64,000 nt of DNA from Haliotis cracherodii (Eukaryota). The stretch covers positions 33,790,001 to 33,854,000 of the forward strand of contig NW_027266330.1 of assembly GCF_022045235.1 (NCBI RefSeq). Reading direction: 5' to 3'. The notes below the pieces were generated by a model. The model was not told the origin of the DNA. It made no database searches and saw only the letters and a program-made list of their open reading frames with translations. A program made the translations under genes and the position numbers. This document shows positions 25,779-35,904 of this stretch, piece after piece; position 1 is the stretch's first letter; each line of letters begins with the position of its first letter.

Positions 25779-26002
25779 ACAAATGTTATATTTGGGATAA
25801 CACTTTCTTAGTAAAGTACAAATTCTCGTATCTTTAGGGGGTTGAGTCCCGTGCGGGATTCGAACCCACACTTGCCAGAGTGAGGCACCTAATCGCCAGC
25901 ACACAAAGTCAGCGGTCTAGCCTACTCAGCCACCGAGGCTTAAAAAAAAGTACCAGAATCTGTACATTAATAAGAAAGTGTTATCCCAAATATAATATTT
26001 GT
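25779..26002. mobile_element. MITE-like element enclosing a tRNA-like A/B-box unit
   Basis: ~42-bp inverted ends ACAAATGTTATATTTGGGATAACACTTTCTTAGTAAAGTACA / TGTACATTAATAAGAAAGTGTTATCCCAAATATAATATTTGT; inside on the minus strand TGGCTGAGTAGG and GGGTTCGAATCCC. Confidence 0.75.
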
Positions 26003-26639
26003 TACATTTGACAACATTCAAATGGCATTGTGTATTCAATGAATGTATAAGTTAGTTAAATCTATGCAGAAGGATTCAAAAACATTCATAAAATAATCAC
26101 TAGAACCTAACGTTAAAATGATAGTACCTTTATTACACACAAAGTGTCTTTTCCTCTATTATTTCGAACAAAGACAATGCTCAAACAGAAGTAGTAACAG
26201 ATCTAATCACGTCAGTCTTGCATTAGCACATGTCACTCACTCCCCCACTCCCTTAACTTAAACTGATTCACCCAAAACTCACTCACCCATCCAATCTTCC
26301 TCAAGCCATACTCGCACAGCCACAACTCACTAACGCGACCATTCACTCGTCCACCTGCGCTAGAAGTAAAGGTGACCAGTCAGACATATTTAGATAATCA
26401 CTAGAACCTAACGTTAAAAGATACCTTTATAATACAAAGTGTCTTTTCCTCTATTATTTCGAACAAAGACATTGCTCAAACAGAAGTAGTAACAGATCTA
26501 AGGCGGGGTGTTGACTGTAATCACGTCAATGTCTTGCATTAGCACATGTCACTCACTCCCCCACTCCCTTAACTTAAACGTACTCACCCATCCAATCTTC
26601 CACAAGCCACACCCACAACTCACTGACGCGACCATTCAC

Positions 26640-26797
26640 ACACGCCCACAACTCACTCGTCCACTCGCCCACAACTCACTCGTCCACTCGCCCATCTATA
26701 ACTCACTCGTCCACTCGCCCACCCACAACTCACTCGTCCACACGCCCATCTATAACTCACTCGTCCACTCGCGCACCCACAACTCACTCGTCCACTC
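26640..26797 (+). repeat. Short tandem repeat (23-27 bp unit)
   Basis: AACTCACTCGTCCACTCGCC core, about 6 copies. Confidence 0.85.
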
Positions 26798-26969
26798 AGA
26801 GAAAGTCACGAGAAACAATATTGTTTTCATGTGGTCGTATATCGTGTGACAGTACACTCTTACTGTGAGGGGCGCCCGGCAATCGCGATGTCTGTCGTGG
26901 CTATTCTTGTAACGTACAAAGCGTTATCGACTGGAAGCTATAAATACCTTAAATGTCCACTCAATCAGT

Positions 26970-27073
26970 GGACTGGCGACAGTCATGTGGTTACTTCGTT
27001 TCAACATGAAAACTCTTTCTACCCAAGGGAAAGGGGTTCAAACCCCAGTACCACAGACGCTATCCAGTCTTTT
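26970..27073 (+). ncRNA. Vault RNA-like Pol III gene, copy 2
   Basis: GGACTGGCGACAGTCATGTGGTTACTTCG...GGTTCAAACCC...CCACAGACGCTATCCAGTC-TTTT; TATAAATA at 26939-26946; perfect GACTGG/CCAGTC terminal stem. Confidence 0.85.
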
Positions 27074-27524
27074 ACTATTTTTTAATTTTGTATGGTTTTA
27101 CAAAATACCGCTTTGGGCACTACATCTTGTTCTTCATATTAAATGTTTGGAAAGGCAATTGAGTGAATTACTCCTGAATTATAAACCGAAGTATGGCAGT
27201 AATAGGTGCATATATGAAATAGCACCCTGCTGTAGAATACTCATCCCCATGCACACCATGACATGTATGCTGGAAGCGCAAGCCTTCCAAATTTGAGACT
27301 AAGAGACTAAACTAAGTTTCGCCCTGACCACCTGACTCGAGATAACAAGCTAATGCCGAACCCCTTCACACTGACACCGATACCCTATAACCTGGCTGGA
27401 AATTGTACACAGAGCACATGTTTAACGAAGGTCCAATTCCTTCCGATTGTCTTGAAGAAACGTGCCAAGTCTCCCAGTGTTAAAGTCTACATTGATATCA
27501 TCATCGGGTGTGACCTGCCACCCC

Positions 27525-27610
27525 TACTGAGAGAAGCGCCCTACAATCCTAGTGGGTGACGTCAGTTCTTGCACCACACAGCTATTAACGACGCGGAAGT
27601 ATAAATACTT
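27525..27610 (+). promoter_or_regulatory. Upstream Pol III promoter of vault-like copy 3 (representative of all six copies)
   Basis: Distal block TACTGAGAGAAGCGCCCTACAATC, CRE TGACGTCA, TTCTTGCACCACACA at -65..-51 (PSE position), TTAACGAC, TATAAATA at -31. Homologous blocks precede the other copies. Confidence 0.7.
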
Positions 27611-27630
27611 CAAATGTTCACACAGCTAGC

Positions 27631-27732
27631 GGGCTGGCTCCAGTCATGTGGTTACTTCGTTTAATCAAACACTCTTTCAACACAAAGGATTGGGTTCGTC
27701 CCTTGTGCCACGGACGCCATCCAGCCTCTTTT
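27631..27732 (+). ncRNA. Vault RNA-like Pol III gene, copy 3
   Basis: GGGCTGGCTCCAGTCATGTGGTTACTTCG...GGGTTCGTCCC...CCACGGACGCCATCCAGCC-TCTTTT; TATAAATA at 27600-27607; TGACGTCA at 27557-27564. Confidence 0.87.
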
Positions 27733-28232
27733 ATATTTTCATTTTGAAAACTTTTGCATAATAACATTTTCCAGACAACCCACCTGTAATGGAGACGCGA
27801 TGTTATATAGTTTCATGTCATCGGTATCAGCATGTCCGTCACCACCTGTGCTCCCCTTCTTGCTGCTTTGTACAAGGTAATTTGACCAGGGCGTGTAACC
27901 TAAACGCCAGGCATATCGATAATCTGGTACCCTTCAATAACCATCAAATAGCCAATTCACCCACCTGCACTAGAAGTAAAGGTGACCAGTCAGACATATT
28001 TAGATAATCACTAGAACCTAACGTTAAAAGATACCTTTATTATACAAAGTGTCTTTTCCTCTATTAAGTCACGAGAAACAATATTGTTTTCATGTGGTCG
28101 TATATCGTGTGACAGTACACTCTTACTGTGAGGGGCGCCCGGCAATCGCGGTGTCTGTCGTGGCTATTCTTGTAACATATAAAGCGTTATCGACGGGAAG
28201 CTATAAATACCTTAAATGTCGACTCAATTTGC

Positions 28233-28342
28233 GGACTGGCAACAGTCATGTGGTTGCTTCGTTTCACCATGAAAACTCTTTCTACCCAACGGTAAGGTGT
28301 TCAAACCCCAGTACCACAGACGCTATCCAGTCTTCATTTTTT
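28233..28342 (+). ncRNA. Vault RNA-like Pol III gene, copy 4 (variant boxes, possibly weakened)
   Basis: GGACTGGCAACAGTCATGTGGTTGCTTCG...TGTTCAAACCC...CCACAGACGCTATCCAGTC-TTCATTTTTT; TATAAATA at 28202-28209; duplicate of copy 2. Confidence 0.75.
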
Positions 28343-28452
28343 ATTAATTTTCTATGGTTTTACAAAATACCGCTTTGGGCACTACATCTTGTTCTTCATA
28401 TTAAATATTTGGAAAGGCAATTGAGTGAATTACTCCTGAATTATAAACTGAA

Positions 28453-28617
28453 GTGAGTGAGTGAGTTTGGTTTTACGCCGCTTTTAGCAATATTCCTGCA
28501 ATGTCACGGCGGGGGACACCAGAAATGGGCTTCACACATTCTACCCATGTCGGGAATCGAACCCGGGTCTTCGGCGTGACGAGCGAACGCTTTAACCACT
28601 AGGCTACCCGACTGCCT
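28453..28617 (-). mobile_element. Family C tRNA-derived SINE, full length
   Basis: GGTAGCCTAGTGGTTAAAGCG A box, GGTTCGATTCCC B box, (TCAC)n tail; absent from the paralogous site near 27190; degenerate TAAAC.GAAGT duplication. Confidence 0.9.
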
Positions 28618-30618
28618 CTTAAAACAGAAGTATGGCAGTAATAGGAGAATATATGAAATAACACCCTGCTGTAGAATACGTATCCCCATACACACCATGA
28701 CATGTATGCTGGAAGCGCAAGCCTTCCAAGTTTGCTTCCAAAGCTAGTAATTAGACAAAGACAGAAAAATCATTGTATAAAGGTGTTAAGAACAATGATG
28801 CAGAATGTGTTCGCATCTTAGTTCTTTCAAATTATTAAACTTTAACTGAAAACAACAACGAAACAAATTTAATATTATAATCCCAAAATTAAAAAAAACA
28901 AACTGTTCTGTCAGAAACTTTCGTTTATGATAGCAGCTGTATGTGAAATCAACTTCAATTAAAACGTAAAAGTGCATATTCAGTACAAGTATTTAAAAAC
29001 AGAAACTAAATTACCTTGCTCTTCCCCGATAGGAAATAGGCAAGCAACTATTTTACATACAAGACTCAGACATGCATTCATTATTTTAGTGCTTTCAAAT
29101 ATAGAAAATCATATATGGAATTGTTTTACATTCTGATATTGTTTTACATTATTTTCTTCAATGTCCTAATTATATTAGTTCTCGTAGTTTCATTTTACAT
29201 GAGTTTTTTTAATCTGAGGGTAAAAATAATGTAAAAGCCCATGTTTGATGGAGACTAAAAAGAAAGAAACAAGAAATGGTTTATTGACGTTGATGTTGAT
29301 TATACGGGTATCATGGGTGTATTTTTTACCTTAAGTTTTTAGTGTTTCTGCGGCTGTTTGCAGCCTTGTAACATTTTGATAACGTTTGTAATTAACTCTT
29401 TGGCTAAATCCGGCTTTCAGGTATAATTTGTTTTCCCGGCAGGTTATATCTAGCATAGATTTAACTTTAATGCAATTCTATTTGACTCAAATGATAGTGT
29501 AAGTGAAATCCTTTTGGAAGCTGTGAACAATTTAGTCTCCAATTGTTTGTTGTAAAGAATACTGTTGTTTGCAAATATCAAATATTGATCAGATTGTACT
29601 TTTGAAAAGGAAACTATCAAGTATTTTCGTTGAACTCTTTCCTCGTTGTTCTTATTGTCTTCAGCCAATAAAATATTATTTGATTTGTGATATCATCATA
29701 TCTTGTTACTAAACACTGTGATGAACTGTGAATTAATTTTGATATTTCAAGTTGGTATTGCCGCTATCCAAACTGTGCAGTGGGGCCGTCTGATCGTAGA
29801 TAGTCATTTTTCAGACATAAATGAGAAGTTAATTAATGCGAGAAAAGACCACTCGCATTTTACGCTTTTAATACCCGCCCGCGTTAATTTCAAAACTTAC
29901 AGTTGTTGCAAGACTGAACATTGACAAGCAATAAGTTTATATTTTACACTCACATATTGAGAAAGAAAATATTTATGGAAATAATTCACTTCCGCAATTT
30001 GCTCCTGGTATGTATTTATTTAACCGTCTCACACATGAACTACCGAATGCGAAATCTGGTCCTCCTGAAGTGCTCTTTGAATATCCAACATCTTCAACAA
30101 GAGACCTCAACAATCACTTAAATGTATTCGGTTTTCCCAACTTTAATCTCAATTTTCCCAACTTTAATCTCAAACCTGTTTAAATGTTTTACTAACCATG
30201 TATCCTTCTGTGAATATACATGCCCGTATCAGAATTGTGTTTGTTTTGGTGCATGCCGGTGTCATACTTAATTAAAGACGTTTCGACATATCACCACTTA
30301 TTGCGACCGTCGTCGACCCATTCAAGTAAAAATCTTATAGTTTCCCCCTACCCCTAAACTGGCCCCTGTACACACTGATACATACACACTGCACACGCCC
30401 CCTTTTCTGTTGAAGAATATAATAAAATTTCAGAATTTTTACTAGTTTCTGTTTTCAATATGAATTTTAAAGAATAGCTCACACAATCCGAGATATGGTT
30501 TCTCCCACTACCCTGGTGTAGGCCGATGCAAACCTTTGTAAAATAGTTTATAACTTTTAGTGACAATGTTTCAATTTGTTCTTGCATCTTTTATTTTCTT
30601 CTCTATGACTGTTTCGCG

Positions 30619-30894
30619 GGGACACCGGTGGCCCTGTCGTCTAAGGCGCCGCGATATTCGCTGTGCAGAGTTGCGTCCCTTGGGCACGCCAGAAACCTAT
30701 GATTGTGGGTTCGAATCCCGGTTCGCCCCGATTATGTTTCTAGGTTTGTCAGCACCGTGCTCGTGGGTTTCACCGAAGTGGTAAACGTCCGAGACCTGCA
30801 TCACTTCGGGCTTTCCTCCCACATTAAGCTGACACGCCGTGTTATAACTGGAACACTGTTAAAAGCGGCGTTAAACCCAACTCACTCACTCACT
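30619..30894 (+). mobile_element. Family A SINE, full length
   Basis: Head-to-tail match; ACTGTTT[C/T]GC on both flanks. Confidence 0.9.
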
Positions 30895-31637
30895 GTTTTG
30901 CTGTTTAGATGTTACTGTAATAACGCGGCTAATGCTCCAAGCTAGTCCATCCCATACCATGCATACCGGGTGGCACCTACATATGTATATACAAAAAAAT
31001 GATTCTAGCATTTATCATTCCCAAGCATGTTAAAATCAAATTTACCTTGACGGATTTGTTATCTACTAAAGGAACATATCTTCCTCCCTTCCCAGTCAGT
31101 TTAGGAAAGAAGTCATGAGGATATAAAGGTGTCCAATTAAGAATTGATTAAGGTACACACTTGACACTGAGTGAGATTTCTCAGTTCGCTATACACGTGA
31201 TGTAGATGTGCTCGTCGGTGATCAAATAACAGTTCGCTGTATCCGTTAGTTCGTTGTAGAGAGTTCGTTATATACGTAAATTTTATATGATATTATATAG
31301 GAGATAAATCGGGGATTTTTTAACAGTTCGTTGTATCCGTTTGCTGCTATATCCGTGTTCGTTATATCCGCGTTCTACTGTATTAACGTTCAAACCGGTG
31401 TGCACACTGTGTAAATCCTCAAAGAAACATATTTGAGTAATTAATAAATAAAAATAATAACTTCACAGGCTGCTTATTTAATAACAAAAAGTGTAGACAA
31501 TCGATCAGTTGTTGACATAGCTCAAAACTGTCATCTCAAGCCCCGCCCACCCTATTATCATCCAATCAGGAAACAGTAGACCCCCTCTGAGAACATACCA
31601 TGCTAGCACTGGCAGTATATAATTGCATGTGAATGTA

Positions 31638-31892
31638 ACTCGTGAAGATCCAGGGTAGAATAGGTCTTCAGCAACCCATGCTTGTTGGAAAAGGCGACTC
31701 TGCTTGTCGTACGTGGCGACTAACGGATCGGGTGGTCAGGCTCGCTGACTTGGTTGATGCATGTCATCGTGTCCCAATTGCGTGGATCGATGCTCATAAT
31801 GTCTATCTCTGGATTGTCTGGTCCATACTCGATTATGTACAGACCGCAGCTGGAGTATTGCTGAGAGTGGCGTTAAACAACAAACAAACAAA
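31638..31892 (+). mobile_element. Family B retroposon
   Basis: CTCGTGAAGATCCAGGGTAGAATAGGTCTTCAGCAACCCATGC head, (AAAC)n tail; ends just upstream of the copy 5 promoter. Confidence 0.85.
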
Positions 31893-32012
31893 GAATGTGA
31901 ACGTCCAGGCATACCGAGTGAAGCGCCCTACAATCATGATGACTACTCTTGCACCACACACTGTGTTTATCGACCGCAGGCTATAAATACTTTTAGTGAC
32001 CATTCAGTCAGC

Positions 32013-32131
32013 GGGCTGGCTACAGCGGTGTGGTTACTTCGCTAAAAATAATAAAACTGAAAAAGCTCTGACGCAAAGAACGGCGTTCGAGCCCCAGTAC
32101 TATATGCGCGATCCAGTCTATCAACTTTTTT
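32013..32131 (+). ncRNA. Vault RNA-like Pol III gene, copy 5 (divergent central loop)
   Basis: GGGCTGGCTACAGCGGTGTGGTTACTTCG...CGTTCGAGCCC...GCGCGATCCAGTC-TATCAAC-TTTTTT; TATAAATA at 31982-31989. Confidence 0.8.
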
Positions 32132-32214
32132 GTTTAATTCTTTTTTTTTTAATTTACATATATACGAGATATAAACGATTTTTTCTTTCAACAGTGTTTG
32201 TAAGTTGCGTAAAC

Positions 32215-34490
32215 ACTCTCCGTATATTGTCTCCCCTCTACCCGCTGTGTCTATAGTCTCCCTTCTATCCGCTGTGTCTATAGTCTCCCTTCTATCCGCT
32301 GTGTCTATAGTCTCCCTTCTATCCGCTGTGTATATAGTCTCCCCACTATCCGATATATCTATAGTCTCCCCTCTATCCGATGTGTCTATAGTCTCCCCAC
32401 TATCCGATATACATGTATCTATAGTCTCCCCTCTATCCGCTGTGTCTATAGTCTCCCCACTATCCGATATATCTATAGTCTCCCCTCTATCCTCTCTATT
32501 TATAGTCTCCCCACTATCCGATATATCTAAAGTCTCCCCTCTATCCGCTGTGTCTATAGTCTCCTCACTATCCGCTGTGTATATCGTCTCCCCTCTATCC
32601 GCTGTGTGTAAAATCTCCCCTCTATCTGCTGTGTCTATAGTCTCCCGTCTATCCGCTGTGTCTATAGTCTCCCTTCTATCCGCTGTATCTATAGTACCCC
32701 CTCTATTCGCTGTGTCTATAGTCTCCCCACTATCCGATATATCTATAGTCTCCCCTCTATCCGCTGTGTCTATAGTCTCCCCACTATCCCACATATCTAT
32801 AGTCTCCCCTCTATCCGCTGTGTCTATAGTCTCCCCACTATCCGATATATCTATAGTCTCCCCACTATCCGATATATCTATAGTCTCCCCTCTATCCTCT
32901 GTGTCTATAGTCTCCCCACTATCCGATATATCTATAGTCTCCCCACTATCCGCTGTGTATATCGTCTCCCCTCTATCCGATGTGTGTAAAATCTCCCCTC
33001 TATCCGCTGTGTCTGTAGTCTCCCCACTATCCTCTGTGTCTATAGTCTCCCTTCTATCCGCTGTGTATATAGTCACGCCTCTATCCGCTGTGTATACAGT
33101 CTCCCCTCTATCTACTGTGTCTATAGTCTCCCCTCTATCTACTGTGTCTATAGTCTCCCCTCTATCCGCTGTGTCTATAGTCTCCCTTCTATCCGCTGTG
33201 TATATAGTCTCCCCTCTATCCGCTGTGTATACAGTCTCCCCTCTATCCGCTGTGTCTATAGTCTCCCCACTATCCGTTGTGTCTATAGTCTCCCTATCCG
33301 CTGTGTCTATAGTCTCCCCTCTATCCGCTGTGTATAAAGTCTCCCCTCTATCCGCTGTGTCTATAGTCTCCCCACTATCCGTTGTGTCTATAGTCTCCCT
33401 ATCTGCTTTGCATATCGTCCTCCCTCTATCCGCTGTGTTTATAGTCTCCCCTCTATCCTCTGTGTCTATAGTCTCCCCACTATCCGCTGTGTATATAGTC
33501 GTCTTCCCTCTATCCGCTGTGTATATAATCTCTCCTCTATCCACTGTGTCTATAGTCTCCCTATCCGCTGTGTCTATAGTCTCCTCTCTACCCGTTTTGT
33601 CTATAGTCTCCCCTCTATCCGCTGTGTCTATAGTCTCCCCACTATGCGCTACGTATATAAGCTCCCCTCTATCCACTGTGGATATAATCTCTCCTCTATC
33701 CCCTGTGTATATAGTCTCCCCTCTATCCCCCGTACATATAATCTCTCCTCTGTCCACTGTGTATATAATCTCCCCTCTATCCCCCGTATATATAATGTCT
33801 GCTCTGTCCACTGTCTATATAGTATCCCCTATATGCGCTGTGTATATAATCTCCCCTCTATCCACCGTGTATATAATCTCCCCTCTATCCACTGTGTATA
33901 TAATCTCTCCTCTATCCACTGTGTATATAATCTCCCCTCTATCCACTGTGTATATAATCTCTCCTCTATCCACTGTGCATATAGTCTCTCCTCTATCCAC
34001 TGTGTATATAGTCCTCCCTCTATCCGTTGTGAATATATTCTCCCCTCTATCCGCTGTGTATATAGTCCTCCCTCTATCAACTGTGTATATAGTCTCCCCT
34101 CTATCCGCTGTGTATATAGTCCTCCCTCTATCAGCTGTGTATATAGTCCTCCCTCTACCCGCTGTGTATATAGTCTCCACTCTACCCGCTGTGTATATAG
34201 TCTCCCCTCTATCTGCTGTGTATATAGACCTCCCTCTATCTGCTGTGTATATAGTCTCCCCTCTATCCGCTGTGTATATAGTACTCCCTCTACCCGCTGT
34301 GTATATAGTCTCCACTCTACCCGCTGTGTATATAGTCTCGCCTCTACCCGCAGTGTATATAGTCTCCCCTCTATCTGCTGTGTATATAGTCCTCCCTCTA
34401 CTCGCTGTGTATATAGTCCTCCCTCTACCCGCTGTGTATATAATCTCCCCTCTATCCGCTGTGTATATAATCTCCCCTCTATCTGCTGTG
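32215..34490 (+). repeat. 27-bp minisatellite (~84 copies)
   Basis: Unit TCTCCCCTCTATCCGCTGTGTCTATAG; explains the 780-, 589-, 290- and 231-aa overlapping ORFs. Confidence 0.95.
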
Positions 34491-34900
34491 TTTCGACACC
34501 TGCGCAACAATTGTGAAATAAGCCGGTTTCTTCAAGATGGGCGGTGAGAATGGGGGTGAGTGAGTTTGGTTTTACGCCGCTTTTAGCAATATTCCAGCAA
34601 TATCACGGCTACCCCACCGCCCCGTGACAAATGTACACTTAAGTGGTGTAAGTGGTCTTAGAGTTAAGACCGAGAGAAAAGATGTGCTTTGTTGACTGCA
34701 TGTCCGAAATTAAAAACAAATGTGCTCTAAGCCTTTCCCCCAAAATACGTACACGACAGTTTGACTGCCCCATGCTTTGACAGTACCCCGTACTGAGTGA
34801 AGCGTCCTACAATCCCTATGACTCATAAGCCTATTTTTACACCATGCATTGCTTTATCGACGCTGACACTATACATACTACAAATGTCCCGGCGACAGAC

Positions 34901-35008
34901 GGGCTGGCCACAGCTATGTGGTTACTTCGTTTCATTTGAGAAAACTCTTTCTGCATAGGAGAAGGGGGTTCGGTCCCCTGTACCACAGGCGCGATCCAGC
35001 CTTTTTTT
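34901..35008 (+). ncRNA. Vault RNA-like Pol III gene, copy 6
   Basis: GGGCTGGCCACAGCTATGTGGTTACTTCG...GGTTCGGTCCC...CCACAGGCGCGATCCAGCC-TTTTTTT; TATA variant TATACATA at 34870-34877; TGACTCA at 34819-34825. Confidence 0.87.
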
Positions 35009-35904
35009 AAATCTTTCTATTTTGATGATTTTATACATGACCATTTTTGACAGGTGGTTTTTATGCGGGCGTGAACAACGAGGATGGATCATTAGTAATT
35101 GCAACCCTTCTCGAGGGGCATAAGGTTTGATGTTACCTGTGTGTGAGCCCCTGTGCCCCCAGCCGTCACTACCTGGACTCACACACAGGGTACATCACAT
35201 CACAGGGAACAGTTGACAACGATTATACCTTTCCGACATTCATTCATAGAAGCCCGGAATATGTACCTGGAGTTTAACTCTGCAAAACTCGAAGCACACG
35301 ACGCAAAGAAGAACTTTGCTTTACACAATGTAATCAATCGGTTCGTTCCAAATGATCGATAATTATTCGAGTCATGCACGATATGCTCCGATTGATTTCT
35401 TCGTGGGCTACATGAGCCGACTAGATTGAAAATAATTGCCCGCTCCTTAATCAATCAAGAGCTTGTATTTTTATGTAAGGTGAGATATTTCGTCTTATCA
35501 ACGTGGGAAGTCATACCTGGTACTGTATACCGTTGGGTTTTTTTTCGTCTCGGGGATATCAGGTCAGCGTCGATAGTGTGGCTGGATTTGAAGTCGGTTT
35601 TGACCAATCCTTTAATGCTGTATGTTTCTATATGATCATGAGACACCGTGAATGATTGCTAAAATATATGCTTTGAATAATTGGTTGTTCATTTCTTTAA
35701 ATATACAATATGCATATTTCAACCTGTTATAGGTACTTTGAGCCATATGCTGCTGATATGTGAATGTAGAATAAATCCTGTTTGAATGTTTGAGTTTTAA
35801 TTACAGTATATGTTTGTAGTTAATTGAAACGCTGACTAACGGGAGAGGTATATGTAACCATAGAGTGTGGTTTACTCACACTATATGGTGTGCAATGGTT
35901 GTTC

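Noticed and set aside
28520-28617. tRNA-like sequence as a true tRNA gene
   Set aside because: It continues into a SINE body and (TCAC)n tail, has a TSD and an empty paralogous site; no functional tRNA gene could be supported in the window.
32042-34547. 780-aa, 589-aa and other long ORFs with 9-aa periodicity (TIDTADRGE / SPLSAVSIV)
   Set aside because: Open frames on both strands are a by-product of a 27-bp minisatellite; there is no unique coding flank or supported splice context.
25501-35008. Alternative reading of the six units as a SINE family, U6, 5S or spliced-leader RNA
   Set aside because: No tails or TSDs and conserved upstream promoters argue against a SINE; no U6 ACAGAGA box or 5S sequence; a B box, T-run terminators and a 5'-3' panhandle do not fit SL RNA.
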